64,000 nucleotides of DNA from Octopus vulgaris (GCA_951406725.2 OX597817.1:105028001-105092000), one strand, 5' to 3'. Counted from the stretch's first letter, positions 13,181 through 27,338 are shown. Notes: generated by a model not told the origin, from the letters alone. A program made the numbers and translations.

Positions 13181-14189
13181 AGTGCATGTATATATGTGTA
13201 TATGTATGTGTACATATTACATGTACATCTATATATATATACATCTACACATAAAATACAAAATACAAAGTTATATCTTGATATCGCTAGTGATAACAAT
13301 ACTCAAAATATATAACAGACTGGAATTGTAGGCCCGTCTCTTGCAATTTATCTCAATTGTATCTTGTCCTCCCTCTTGTATAGAAGTGTGGCTACAATCC
13401 AGCCTACATCTACTTCTGGGGAGACATTTAAAAATTTTTTTCTCTATATTGTATACTTTATAGACAATAGACTTTTCTTTAATTTAATTTTGTATTTCGT
13501 TTGGTGGTGTTATCCTAGATTCACCGTCTTTTTTCGGTGATCAATCCGAAATAGGTTTGTATTTCTTCCATTTTAATTTTAATGAGTTCGCCGCCCGCCG
13601 ACGGCTGCAGCGAAATTCATTTTTGGACTTTCTTCTATCGAAGACATTTTAACAAAAATGCTTCCGTGTAAACGGTGAAAGTATTGTCAATTTCCCCAAA
13701 CAGGGACACAATTCAATTTTTAAACAATAACTAAAGCTCCTTCTCCCAAAGGGGGAGGGTTACGGTTTACAATTATTTAACAAATGCAACACAACAACGC
13801 TTCCCTTACGAGGAACCAACAAACGTGATAACAATAGTTAAACAGTAATAATAATAACAACAAACCTTACGGTAAACCAAAAGGCAGTACTCTGTTGAAG
13901 CTATAGGCCTTTATGGATCAGAAATAAACCAACAGACATTACATACAGCCATACTTCATATAGATACTTAGTGCTAGCTAATTAGCAAATAATCTAATGT
14001 AAAAGCCGTGCACACCTCCATCTGGACTATTCCATTTCTGCACTTAAATTTTATTTTTTATTTATTCCCATTCATGTGAAACCACTGATTCAAGTTCAAG
14101 TCATTGATGCAATGTTACGATCTAATTATTATATTATACTTTAGTTTGATTTTAATTATCATATCATACTTTAGTTTGATTTTAATTAT

Positions 14190-14653
14190 TACTTACTACA
14201 TATAATTCAATTATTATTATCTCTAATTTTTATTGTTAAAGTGAAAGTATCTGACATAAAATAGAGATGTTTTTGTTTCACTTTTAACACGTAATACTGA
14301 AATAGTGGAGAAGATATGATATTGCTATGGGCTCGCCCTAGGCAAGCGGTTGAACATTTTTTTGCCCATGAAATTACATGGATCCTAAGTAAGGCATGTG
14401 TAAAATTTGAATGAAATTGGTTGTGTAGTTCTCAAGTTTTAGGGAATCGTAGTGGAGAAGATATGATATTGCTGTGGGCTCGCCCTAGGCAAAAAGTTAA
14501 AAGAATTTTTTGCCGATGACACTCCCCGGACCCTAAGTAAGGCATGTGTAAAATTTGAATGAAATTGGTTGTGTAGTTCTCAAGTTTTAGGGAAACACGC
14601 AGACAGACAGACAGACAGACAGACACACATTCTCAGTTTTATATATATAGAGA
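14190..14653 (-). mobile_element. Helitron-like non-autonomous 5' portion
   Basis: TCTCTATATATATAAAA start followed by (GTCT)n; ~147-bp direct duplication 14304-14596; 3' end not located. Confidence 0.55.
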
Positions 14654-15615
14654 TATATAATTTTCTGATATACACAATCACAGTTCCATTATATATAAGT
14701 CACTTCAGGGTCCTTGTTTCAGAAAGACGAAATTCTGTTTGAAAGGACGGCTGAATTGTAAAAATTAATTCAAATGGCTATGTTATGAGAGTGAGCGTCA
14801 CCTATTCAATCTTACATCAATTACAATTAAAAAAACCCAACAAAACACTTTGACGGACGATACAATCAAGTAAGTGCAATCCACAGCTATCGAAATTCAC
14901 TTCATTATATCTCAAACACATACCAGTTGAAACTTTTTGGTGTCCATTATAGTCTCTTATCATCACAACATACAATAATAATATATATGTTTATATAAAT
15001 GTATATAATTAAGTATCTAAGTCTTCTCCTACGTGTAACTGCAATATATATATATAAACAAATAGATCTTCAATACAACTCTTTTTTACCTATTTAAATT
15101 AGTTGGTATAAAAAAATTTATTGTTTAAATTGCTAATATGGACTTAAGACTGTAAATGCGATAACCAAAATGCCACATACACACACAGACACAGACACAC
15201 ATACATATATATATTTCACTTCCACACACGGTAGCTTAATTTAATTCATATATATATATATATATATGATAATTAAAAATAGTTTCATTTGACTTGCTAA
15301 ATAAATTTAATATCCAAAATAATAATTATTACAGTATTGTATAGTTTAGAAATCGTATTCTTATTACAACAATGTTGTTTGTTACCTCTGAAAGTATTGA
15401 TAGAGTTTAAATATGCACCATATATGATCCTTCATCGGGAACTGTGCTTGTTGACTGTTTAGTTTGTATTGATGATTTCTGTCGATTCACTAAATACTCC
15501 CTTTCATGGTGTGCGAATAACAATAATTTTTTAAGTAACTTCAAGTATCTGGTTACCCTTAAAAATGAGTAAATTTGATTTCCATTACTGTAGCCTAAAA
15601 TAAATAAATAAATAA

Positions 15616-15689
<74 letters not shown>

Positions 15690-15692
<3 letters not shown>

Positions 15693-15985
15693 AGCCACAT
15701 GGTTCCGGGTTCATTCTACTATAGCTTTGGGCCGATCAAAGCCTTGCGAGTGGATTTGGTAGACGGAAACTGAAAGAAGCCCGTCGTATATATGTATATG
15801 TATATATGTATGTATATGTTTGTGTGTCTTTGTTTGTCCACCCCCAACATCGCTTGACAACCGATGGTGGTGTGTTTACGTCCCCGTAACTTAGCGGTTC
15901 GGCAAAAGAGACCGACAGAATAAGTACTAGGCTCATAAAATGTAAGTTCTGGGGTCGATTTGTTCGACTAAAAGCGATGCTCCAG
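15690..15985 (+). mobile_element. SINE (family B), partial
   Basis: ccacatggttccgggttca...gtggatttggtagacggaaactgaaagaagcc...cttagcggttcggcaaaagagaccg, shared with 61590-61995. Confidence 0.8.
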
Positions 15986-16925
15986 TATAGAAATTTAAAT
16001 TTCTTATAATTATTATAATAACTTATATATTGTTTTTTTTTAAAAATTGATAATTGGTAGTTATATTATTCCCATTGATAAATATATTTATAGTATTTAA
16101 TTGATACTATATAACTACGAATTGATTATTTCTTTAAGTATTTTAAATATAAGATTTTTGAAAGTTATTATTTAGCCAACGAGATATAAAGATAGGTAAT
16201 TTGCTATAGCGTTCGTTTAAGATTGTTTGTTTGTATTTTTGAAATTAGCTATTTCATCTTTAATATTTTAATATTTTTATTAGTAATATGAATAATTAAT
16301 TTATTTGGTCTTTATTATTGTGCATATATATTTATTTATAGAGATAATTTTAGATCTTAATTCTAATATTTATATACATTTATATATTTTCATTGATAAT
16401 TTATATATTATTTAAATATTATATTTTTAATAATATGAATAGTCATTTTTTAAAAAAATATTTATGTAATTAGATATTGACTATAACTGATATTAGATTA
16501 TTGGTGGGTTTCTTACCTTAAACATTAATACTTAAAACTTAAAATTAATATTTAACATTATAATCGATGTTTTGACATAATCATAATCGTTAAGTTTCTA
16601 GTTTGATAATAGAGTTTTTTATAAGAAAAATTATTATATTATTTATTTCTTAAAAAATATTGTTTAAATATTTCTGAAAATTATATACACACATATACAC
16701 ACATACATATACTCACACACATGTACATATCCTCAAATATACAGATTCATAAATACACACCAAGATATACATATACATGGATATATACATACATACATAT
16801 ACAGATGTATGTGTGTATGTATGTGTATATATATATATATATTATTTATGTATAAATTGTTTATATATAAAGACACCCAGAACTTTCAAGATGACCCAGT
16901 ATTTATGAAATATTATATACATATA

Positions 16926-17216
16926 TGGTGGAGGTGCAATGGCCCAGTGGTTAGGGCAGCGGACTCGCGATCGTGGTTTCGATTCCCAGACTGGGCGTTG
17001 TGTGTGTGTATTGAGCGAAAACACCTAAAAGCTCCACGCGGCTCTGGCAGGGGGTGGTGATCCCTGCTGTACTCTTTCACCACTCTTTCTCTCACTCTTT
17101 CTTCTGTTGGCCTGCTCGCTTAGCCAGCGGGGTGGCGTCATTCGAAGGCTAAAACAATGCGAACGTATTGTGACAAGCGATGTGTAGCAACATCTGATGG
17201 TCCGGACGGTCACGTG
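16926..17216 (+). mobile_element. tRNA-headed SINE (family D)
   Basis: tggcccagtggttaggg box A, tttcgattcc box B; flanked by (TA)n. Confidence 0.75.
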
Positions 17217-17223
17217 TGTGCGT

Positions 17224-17308
<85 letters not shown>

Positions 17309-17559
17309 TGAATGTACATATTATCTATGTCTGTGTGTCTTTGTGTTCGTGCTTTTCCTCACCACTGCTTCAATTTGTTTCACAGAACCCTTTAAGGTAG
17401 TTAGTTCCCCAACATGAACGCAGCACAATGGTTGAAGGAAGTAAAATATAATATTAGGATAATAAAATACAATCAACGGTGGTTTTTTTTAATAAATAAA
17501 TATCATTATTATCACTGAATCTGAAGCTACTCGAAATACTTGAAGAAGTCTTATATTGA

Positions 17560-17773
17560 TTTCAATTCAAATTTTCGCACAAGGCTAGGAAGTTCGTGGG
17601 TGGGGTTATGCCGATTACATTACTCGCAGTCTTGAAATGATACTTATTTTATCAATAGAGAAGTATGAAAAACAAAATCGACCTCGGCGGAATTTGAAAC
17701 AGAACTTAAATACGAACGAAATGCCGGTAAGCATTTTGCCCGGCATGCTAAAAATTCTGCCAGTTTGCCACCT
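17560..17773 (-). mobile_element. SINE (family A)
   Basis: Reverse-complement similarity to 426-641. Confidence 0.7.
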
Positions 17774-18435
17774 TAAAGTAGTTGTATATTATAGGAAGGA
17801 CAGATTCTCTATAAAGAGTCTTTGCGAGGATTGAATGTGAATGAGACATTTGGATATTCATGCAGAACTAGACACACTTCACTTATGCTTCCTATACTAG
17901 TAATTTTGCAATGACCAGATATCGTGTTCTGGAAATAAATCAATGAACAGCATAAAATTTTTTTTCAGTTGACTTATCAACGGATGAAAATTTTTCTCTA
18001 GGGAAGAACCTGAAAAATAAAAAAAAAAGGTAAAAAGGTAAAATCTGAGATCTTCTAAACGTACAACGATTACGGGTGACTGAATGAATTCTATCATTTA
18101 TGTATTGAATAACAAAGTGAGGTGAGGAGTGATTTGTTATCTGTAGATATATATCAATGCTTCATGTTTTCCACTGCTGAAATAAAAATTTTATAACATT
18201 ATACAGTTACAGGCCAGTGGACTGAAGATCTCACTAAACTGGCCACTCATACATACATACATACATACGTACATACATGCATACATACATACATACATAC
18301 ATACATACATACATACATACATACATGCATACATACATACATACATACATATATGCATGCATACAAACATATATACATACATACACGCATGCAAACATAC
18401 ATATCTATATAAACACACACACATATACACACGCA

Positions 18436-18491
<56 letters not shown>

Positions 18492-18535
18492 CATATATAT
18501 ATCTTAGTGCAGACATTCTATCTTTAAGAGAGCAT

Positions 18536-18705
18536 ATTTTTTCATCACTTTGACCTGTAATCTCAAATGGAAAGAAATTGCAAGACGAATTTTATTCAAG
18601 ACAGACACCGGCTGACAGACTTAACTGACAGAGTATATAATATGAAACTTAGGGATCTCCTGCATGACATTTCGGAGAAGAACATTTTGGGAGAGATTGC
18701 AGGGT
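18536..18705 (+). pseudogene. Helitron Rep motif-1 fragment
   Basis: FFITLTCNLKWKEIA followed, after a frameshift, by DLTDRVYNMKLRDLLHDISEKNILG. Confidence 0.75.
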
Positions 18706-18839
18706 GCATTTTAATACATTTTTGCCCTGAATATTTTTTGTTTTTTGTTTTTTGATTATATCGAATCTACGGCAAGCTTGCTTCTTCAATCTTGGAATAC
18801 ATATCACTGTAATATTTTTGAGCCAAACAACCTGAGTAG

Positions 18840-19480
18840 TGAAGGAAATGGAAATTATGTTCCTGAAATAGCAATGGAAACTGCAGCGGGTCATAATTTG
18901 GATGCATCGATTGATTGTATGGAAGAAAGATTCACTAGGAACACACCTTTTACGCAGTGTCAGAAGTCTTTGTGGTTGTACTGCTACCAAACTCACATCC
19001 GGCATAAATACTGCAACTTGTTCTGCAGCTGGATGATTGCATGTTTGGTTACCAGCTGTAGCAATTTGTTTGTCTTCTGGGATAATCATAGAGAATTCTT
19101 GTGTACTAACAGTGTTTTCGCTTTTACTTCTAGAATACTGTTTTCTTTAAGTTATCAAATATACTTTAAACTCTCATTTGTACGGCATGCTGATCTCTAC
19201 TCTCTATAAATATGTTAACAAGTATTTCCTCATTTCCATTATGTTGCTTCTATCCTTACTTAATTATGTAGCAGCTAAAGGTGTTAAACTTTGAAGATAA
19301 GCTTTAATTTTTTTCGGCATTATTGCAAATTTCTCGTACAGTTATTGGTTGAAGATCGAAAACATTTCCAGTATGTACAACTTATTGTTCAACGTCAGAT
19401 CTCCGTAATACTTCTAATTTAGTTTCTTTGTCACATTTTGGACCCCCAGACAGCAGTCCTGCACCATCCTCGTTTAACCT
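18840..19480 (-). pseudogene. Helitron RepHel N-terminal fragment
   Basis: NHPAAEQVAVF and HPNYDPLQFPLLF match the Helitron_like_N-adjacent YDPLQYPLLF motif. Confidence 0.6.
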
Positions 19481-19891
19481 CTATTGCTTCAGGGATAAAT
19501 CAAAGAATAAATATTTGTCAAGTGAAAATTGTAAGAATCACTTTCTACCACTATTAAGTGCCCATCCAAACTGAGCCGCTTTGTGTTCACGCTAAATTAT
19601 AATTTCTATTTGATGCCTTGGAAAATAAAAATTATAATTTATCTTTAATAAATAAAAGTTTTGTGTTCAATATATCCAAGAGACATCAAATAGACCATGC
19701 TGCAGAAGCGTATTACTTTATGTCAAATATTGTGCTTTAGGTTTCATCGTTTAATACTTAAAATATTTTGTCGTAACATCGTTACATCTCTATAAAATGG
19801 ACAGTAACGAAATCAACATTGTATTTGAGATGTATTTTAGAGAAAGTTTGCATTCTGTCTACGTAACAACTTCATTTCGTATGTTCTTAAT

Positions 19892-20088
19892 TACCATATT
19901 TTAACGTGTATAAGGAACCCTCGTGTATAAGGAACCCTCGTGTATAAGGAACCCCCTAAGTTTTGGGGCTTAAAATTTGGAAAAAAGGTTTTGTAAGGGA
20001 TTATAATACTATCCATAAATAAGAGACTCCCATATTTTTTAAACTAAATTTTGACAAAAAAGGGTTCCTTATGCACGTTGAAATACCC
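19892..20088. mobile_element. pogo-type MITE
   Basis: Imperfect TIRs tattttaacgtgtataaggaaccc / gggttccttatgcacgttgaaata; 17-bp unit triplicated in the left TIR. Confidence 0.6.
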
Positions 20089-21259
20089 TAAGTAATCGCT
20101 CGTTTTTTTATTGTGACCGTTTGTGAAGAAACATCAGTTTTACCAAAATTAGTTTTAGTACATGTTCTAAATGTTCTCTCCTAAATATTTTACATCCTAA
20201 AATGTTTACAAGACTTATTTATAAACGGTCATGGCTAATCTCCATTACTGAGGCTGCACGCTGCCCTTTATGACTTTTAGTGTCATATGTGTAATGTTAT
20301 GATTACATAAACTTTTTTCAGCCACAGTATTGTGGTCATGCTCAGATACCGCATTGAACGATTTTTATCAACTATGTCAATCCCAGTATTTATTTTAAAA
20401 TCTGGTACCTATTTTAGCGACTGTACTTTGTCTCAGCGTTAGGCTACAAGATATAAATATAGACGCTTCCCACTTTTTTTTATCATACGGTAATGACGTA
20501 AAGATAGATAAGAACTTTTTGCTAAAATTTTGTCGCCTAATCTTTCGGTTCTGACTCTATTAATTCGAACAGTTCCATTTCTTTCTCTGTCTCACTGATT
20601 CGCGCTTTCTCTCGATCAAGACTTAATGGAACCGGTCAATTTCCTGAATTATCAACCAATGAAAGTGTGCTGCATACGATATTTGTTAAACTATTTTTAA
20701 GAGGCGCGGCTTGATTTATGAAGCGCAACAACCTCACAAACTCGCTGCGAGGAAGAATGTTTCATTTGTATAATTTATAAACATACTACAGTGTTATCCA
20801 TCTTATGACGGGTATCTTTGAACAGATAGCCCTTTATTGCATATATGACACTTTAGCTTTCTGCCCTCAACCGCTTCAAACAGTTGCAAGCCAATCTGGA
20901 ATTGTTTCTATGCTTTCTTCATGTGTTTGGATCAATAGATCACTTCCTGTTCCCTACCAGTTTTTATTCTGCAGCCTGTGTTGTGTACTTGTAATAACTC
21001 GTTTTTCTTCTATCACGAGCAAAACAGTCGTTATTAGTGAGCAGATATTTTTTTTATCTGGTGGCATGTCAACTACCTTTATTTTATCACTCTCTGGCCA
21101 ACGAAAATCAGTATGAGAACCAATTTGTCACTCTTTAACGTGTTACTGGTTTTCTCTTCCATCTGATACTCACCTCCACAATGCTGAACCTTTTCCTTCC
21201 AGTGACGTAAGGTCTGGAGTTCCTGATTCGTTTAAGACACTTCTCAATCAGTCCTACCC

Positions 21260-21442
21260 ACCCTTCCTACGCATACACGAAAATTTTCGCGCTGGTAGGC
21301 TGCCTCAGTTCCCGGCTGTTACACCTAGGGTACAGACAAAAATCCGACAAGCGCGCTCTACATGTCTGCACTCTAGATATAACAGCCGGGAACTGACGCA
21401 GCCTACCGACGCGAAAAATTTTCATGCATGCGCAAGAAGGGT
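21260..21442. repeat. Palindromic MITE-like element
   Basis: ~80-bp imperfect arms, e.g. gtaggctgcctcagttcccggctgtta / taacagccgggaactgacgcagcctac. Confidence 0.75.
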
Positions 21443-21506
21443 AAAGTCACTTCCCACCTAAAGGATTTTGTCCACGCGGCATTAGTTTTTTGAACGCACG
21501 TCATAC

Positions 21507-21700
21507 AGGCACAAGGCCTGAAATTTTGGGCGAGTGGGGCTAGTTGATCACACCAACCATCGTGCACGACTGGTACTTTTAATTTATCGGCTCTGAAATG
21601 ATGAAAAGCAAAGTCGACCTCGTCGGAATTTTAACTCAGAACGTAAATCTGGAAGAAATGCTGCTAAGCATTTTATCCAATGTGTTAACGATTCTGCCAG
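21507..21700 (-). mobile_element. SINE (family A)
   Basis: Reverse-complement similarity to 426-641. Confidence 0.7.
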
Positions 21701-22049
21701 TAAAAAGCTTTCCTACAACATAGTTTTAACAACTGAATGCTTAGATATTACTTTATTTCCATATTTAGCAATTTTAAACTAGATCGTCGTGTATATATTT
21801 ACTTGTCAATCCTGATTTACTTTCTGTTAAGTTGAAATAAGTATACCATTCACGTTAATAAATAAAAGTGGTATAATAAAAAAAAAAAGATGTGGTTTGT
21901 TCGATGCCTGGCAATCAGCTGGGAGTTAGACACAAAATCGGTGGCGAGAAGATAAGTGACGAATGATTTAGGGTGAAAGCGGTGCATGGCAGCAGTTTCT
22001 CGAAGCAGGCCCTTGCTTAACCACTGCTTATGCACGTTAGGATTACGGA

Positions 22050-22335
22050 AAAATATCTCCCTCGGATTATTACTTGTTTCGATCCCTGGCTTACTGCCTG
22101 CACTCGCGATGCCTCATCAACAAAGAGAAGGTGGAAGCTTCAGTGAAGGAGTTCTTCGCCTCGAAGGACAAGAACTGGTATCAGTGTGGGACCAAAGAAC
22201 TGGCAGAAAGAAGGCTTCAGACGGTGCAACCTGATGGTCTCCACTTTGAATGCTCTGCTGATTTTGTTGTAACTCGACGAATAAAGCAAATAGGTTAGCA
22301 AAATATTGCAAGACTTTTGACTCAACACTAGATAT
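22050..22335 (+). pseudogene. mariner transposase 3' fragment with TIR
   Basis: SPSDYYLFRSL (YSPDLAPSD motif) ...VKEFFASKDKNWYQCGTKELAERR...DGLHFE, then TIR-like acttttgactcaacacta. Confidence 0.8.
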
Positions 22336-23223
22336 AAGTGTATATGTGTGTAGCAATAGCACCGTCCTAAATGTGAAAGCAGTATTTCACGACGGTGGGA
22401 AGGGAGTCTCATTTGAATCTTGTAGAAGGTTCGTAGTTGTTGGGGGAAGAGGCTGAATTATTTTCTGGCTCCGAAGAGGGAAGCCTAGCTTTGAGATACA
22501 GTTTTGTTAAGAATATATGTTCTCAGGATAGACTGATGCTCAGTGAAGAAGGTGAAGCTTAGCATTTGAAACAATCGTGATGGTTCTCGTTCCGTGGTGT
22601 TCATGTTAAGCAGGGTGGGCAGCGATATTGCTTTCTTATTATTTGTAATGATTGTATCTTTTTATTGTTGAAGGGGACAAAATTGATGGAGTATATTTAT
22701 TTCAGAGTAGCGAATATAGATCTAGAAATGATTAGATCTGGACCACTATATGATTTTAACATCTACACTGAGATATTATGTTTATAAGCGTGAAACATTG
22801 ATAGGTGTAATAGTCTTTATAGGTCGTTGAGGAAAGCAAGGCACCACATCTCGGCATACACAACCAAAGCATACATAAATTAGCACTGGACCTCCCTAGA
22901 GCTGGGGGTTCCTAAGCAACTGTCCAGTGTGTACATCCCTTCAGACGATACTGCTTAGATGTAGTTCTAACTATTCAGATTAACATGTGATAGAGAGACA
23001 CTGGAAGAGATTCCAAGCATAGGTAAGTTTTTCTGACACGCGATTCTTCTGAAATATCGCTGATCATAAGTTAAACATTGCATGTAGCACAGTGTACTCC
23101 ATAAATTTACATTTCGTAAAGCATAACACGTTGATCAAGAGAAAGTGAATGGAAGAGAGAAAGAGAAAGAAAGGGAACGGTTTAAAATAAACAGATTTGG
23201 ACTTGAAAATTATGCTAAACATT

Positions 23224-23386
23224 TTAGTTATGCTTATAGAGCCATGGCATTATACACACTATCAAAATAGTCACGAGGGACGCATGAAACTTCAGTATCC
23301 ATGTGTTCCATGTTTGGTCAATGTTATTGCTAGACTTGTAAGGATTAACTACTAAAACTCCCTCAAATAATATTGTTCTGTATTCA
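23224..23386 (-). CDS. Candidate terminal exon of unknown host gene
   Basis: atttcccag acceptor; phase matches exon 29146-29261; 53 open codons EYRTILFEG...LVTILIVCIMPWLYKHN*. Confidence 0.3.
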
Positions 23387-24089
23387 CTGGGAAATGACAC
23401 ATTGGATAATATGATCTTGGATTCATACCGCATGAAAAAAACAAAAACAAAACAAAAAGGTGTGGTCACATCCGGAACGCTCTTGAATATAGGCCTGCTC
23501 TTTCAAGACTGACTTGGAACTAAACAACAACGATAACAACAAGATCATTATCATTGACAACAGTAGCAGCAGCAGCAACAACATGTGATAGAGATTATAG
23601 ATTGTGGATTATTAGTCTTATGATTTATTCTTTTTTTTACTAATTCCACCGATGCTTTTTTGATTGCTCATAAAATATTGACTTTTGTACTAGTTCATTC
23701 AATGCTTTTGTCTAAATCATTGCCCTGTTTGAATTGCAATATGAAGACGAGGGCCACTTCTATTCAATTTTCATATGAGTAATGAATAAGATATTGGTAA
23801 ATAGAAATAAGTCGTAGGAAAAGTGACAAAAATGTCGCAATTCAGTTTGAGATACACAGTCACTGGAAAGATTATCGCATTTCGTTTAAATACCATAATA
23901 GCTGAAGTAATTAAACAAATAATATTTTAAGCTGCTTATAAAATAACAATAGCGTATTAACATGATAATATACCACAATGACAATATAAGCCGATGACAA
24001 AATATAATTTATATAATGGAATTTATTAGAAAATAATAGAATTTTGTTTAATATCTTAACGCAATGAAAATATTAAAAAAATATCATTA

Positions 24090-24830
24090 AAAAGGAAAGA
24101 TTTACTTCAGAGATTTTGTTATCCTTGTTTCCTCAACAACTTAGATCTTGATGGGAACTGTTTTTCTACCTAATGTAATGACTCTGCTGCTGCTGCTTGA
24201 CAACACCCCTGCTTACCATAATACTATGAATTTAGTAAGTAAAGATGACAGAATTAATTTTTTTTTTACTCCGTTAACACTTCAGTTACTCGACCAGTGG
24301 ACTATGAAACAGTTGCCAGCAAGAAGCCGTATTAGAAGAATTTTTTGGAAGAAATAACGGTTGTATCGGAGGATGAAGAGGCAGAAGATACAATGAGGTC
24401 AGGCTACTTCAGAAACTACGAGTTTAAAAAAATTAAGCCAACACTTTTTAACCTTGCAGAAGCTGGGAAGAAGTTGCTGAATAATGTTGACTACGGTTTA
24501 GATTTTGAAATACCTGCAGTCAATTACTTTGAGCGCAACTTTGCAAATATTGACCACAGAGAAACAGCTAAAGCTGATGTTCAAAATTAGTTTGAAATTG
24601 ATAAAGATTATTCTGGCTCACAAGTCCTCACCGATGAAGAAAATTTGGGTAATGTTCTGTATAAGATACACGATAAACAGAAGACCATGAAGAAGGAGAA
24701 GCTATACCAACATCACAAACTTTGTTCAAAATGAAGACTCTCATGGATACTGTAATCCAATACATAGGGATATCATCTCCTAATTTGTACCTTATTTAGA
24801 ACATATTCGACAGTTTAGAGCAGACATGGG
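24090..24830 (+). pseudogene. pogo/Tigger DDE transposase remnant
   Basis: LLLLDNTPAYH...FFFTP.TLQLLDQ (DDE_1-like); heavily degraded. Confidence 0.6.
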
Positions 24831-25386
24831 TTGCTTTTTCAAAAAGCGGACCGGACAAGATATGACTCATCAGCTGGCAGGCTACGATACTAAAAAAGTT
24901 CAAGGTAATTTTTCTTATGGGCCGCAATTTGCCTGTGACTGGTTTAGACTCCCGCTTTTAATTTCACTTCTAGCAGCCTGTATCCGATAACTGTCTACAA
25001 ACAGGCGTCACCATTACCTCCACTTGTGCCAGTTTCAGAATAGTTACCTTCAAACACAGAATAAACACTACTGTATAAATAATATGGATGCGGTGAAATC
25101 CTCCAACTTTACTTTAAAAAAGATAAACGAAAAATGATATATCTTTTATTACAAGTTTATATTGTACAGTTGTGCATTAAAGCTATTTTTTATATAAAAA
25201 AAGATGCAAAATAGCTCAGTATTAATAGAGACACACCACACTATTAATCTACTTAACTTCCTATTTAATATGATTTCTGTTTTAACGAGCAGATTTCCCC
25301 CTCTGTTAGTCTACAAAATCGAGTATGTGTGTATGTATGCATGTATGTATGTATGTATGTATGTATGTATGTATGTATGTATGCAT

Positions 25387-25472
25387 GTCATTATTCAGTT
25401 TATTTCAAAATTTCTTACCAATAGAGAAGGAGCCGGTTTCTAACCTAGATCCAAGTCTCCTTCATCAACAAG
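25387..25472 (-). mobile_element. Short R4-like 3' UTR fragment in (TACA)n
   Basis: Shares the ggag..ttg.atct..gtt..aaaccggctcc hairpin with the 3' UTR at 26075-26115; (TATG)n on both sides. Confidence 0.55.
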
Positions 25473-25697
25473 GTATGTATGTATGTATGTATGTATGTAT
25501 GTATGTATGTATGTATGTATGTATGTATGTATGTATGTATGTATGTATGTATGTATGTATGTATGTATGTATGTATGTATGTATGTATGTATGTATGTAT
25601 GTATGTATGTATGTATGTATGTATGTACGTACGTACGTATGTATGTATGTATGTTTGTATGTATGTATGTATGTATGTATGTATGTATGTATGTATG

Positions 25698-26023
25698 CAG
25701 ATTTGTATGTTTTATTTTATGTATGTATTTTCATGCATATAGTTGTATATCTAGACATGCTCATATATACTTAAATAATAAACTTCTGGAAAGTTTTACA
25801 GACTTTTACAGTCCCAGTGATGGCTTGGAACTGTAGCCTTCGAATCAGCTTTCCCCTTTCTGATAGTGAGAAGCCTAATTTCTCAAGATTGGTATTTATG
25901 CAGTGCGTTAATATCCCAGTGCCCCAATAATTACATGCAGAAACCTGAACTTGTAATCTGGATAGAGTAACTGCAAATTCCTCAATAGTTGAGCGTAGGT
26001 ATTTTCTTTTTCGCTGATCTTTA
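25698..26023 (-). mobile_element. R4/Dong 3' fragment, same family as 8821-10511
   Basis: KISEKENTYAQLLRNLQLLYPDYKFRF..IIGALGY; 3' UTR nearly matches 8821-9000. Confidence 0.85.
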
Positions 26024-26039
26024 TTTTATGTATGTATGT

Positions 26040-27336
26040 CTCTTCTATTTTTAAATTCTTATAAATCTTCCTCTGGGGATGGAGCCGGTTTGCAACAAAG
26101 ATACAAGGCTCCATCTTTGGGATGTAGTTAACACAGACAAATTCACATTTGGAACTTGAGAAAAGTCTTGCATATTTTTATTGTTCCACTCAAAGATTAC
26201 ACTTGTAATGTACGAATCAGCCGGTCATTTTTTTCTTTCTGAAAATCCCAGTTTATCCAGATTCTCTTTTAAGCATTTACTAGTGCTCCAATTATTATTG
26301 GTATGAATATGAATTCATAGTCTGGATATAGACGCTGGAGGTTTTGAAGCAGTTGTCCTTAGATATCCTCTTTTTTCTTTGATTTTCAAAGAGAGATTTA
26401 TATATGCAGGGCAGCTGACCTCTATCATGATACATAACTTTGCCTCTCTGTTCCAAACAACAATATCCGGCCTGTTACGTTTACATTTGACAGACGTTTT
26501 GATGGGAATATTCCACCAGTATACCTTGAGTTGGTGTTTATGAATGTATTCAATAACAGAGGGATTTTCTAAGTTTATTTCAGGACAGTCTTTTTTGCGG
26601 ATGGCATTGTAGACTGTTTTAGCAACAACATCGTGTCGCAACAACATCGTGTCGCAACAACATCGTACTGCTTACCGTGACGACATTTTAGGACAGCTGC
26701 TAATCACATGCGTAATGTCTTCCACAGAAACATGACATAGCCTACACATGCTGTTGCACCTTGGGATTACAAGAACGTCACTGTCTCCCTTGTTCACCAG
26801 GTACTTTGTGGCAATCTCCTGTTCCTGGATTGCAAAGCCTTCAAAGTGTGATGTAATGTAGTGGTTTGTTTCTAAGACAGGCTGCGCTTCATGTCAATTC
26901 TACTGTCTTCTTCAAGATTCCAGGCAACATACCCATGCATGGTCTTTTTTTCGTACGCTGAGTGCTTTCCATCCAGGTCTTCTTTGAGGTAAGAGAGCCC
27001 AGCTGTTTTGGGGCTGTATAGGAGATCATCAGGAATAGAGTGTTTCTTGAGGAGTTTACTGCCAACTCACTTCACTTTTCAGCACTGCATTTATATATTT
27101 ATTTTTGCTGTTGTTGTTTAGCAGGTGCTGCCTGAGTGATACCATACGGTATTCGAAGGCCGTCTGTACTGATCTCAGGCCTCTACCATCTTCATTTCTT
27201 TTTGGAACGTGTCAACATCACCGTTTCTGTGGAAGTTCCTAGATGTTGTCAGGATTTTGCGGCTTTTGATATCTATGGAGTGTATTCCCTCTACAGTCCA
27301 ATCAAGTATCCCAAATTTTGTGATCAGCATTGGTAC

Positions 27337-27338
<2 letters not shown>
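26040..27338 (-). mobile_element. R4/Dong 3' fragment, second family
   Basis: FGILDWT..IDIKSRKILT, IQEQEIATKY, CRLC..H..C, RHDVVAKTVY, NRPDIVVWN..CIMIEVSCP; short (CATA)n tail. Confidence 0.85.

Noticed and set aside
15407-15594. Minus-strand open frame after a ttttag acceptor (YSNGNQIYSF...)
   Set aside because: Phase not linkable to the other candidate exons; no recognisable motif
22979-23022. Plus-strand 44-nt exon (cag|...ag|gtaagt, LTCDRETLEEIPSI)
   Set aside because: No partner exons found; could occur by chance
26633-26666. 16-bp tandem repeat caacaacatcgtgtcg
   Set aside because: Local slippage within the dead R4 RHD motif
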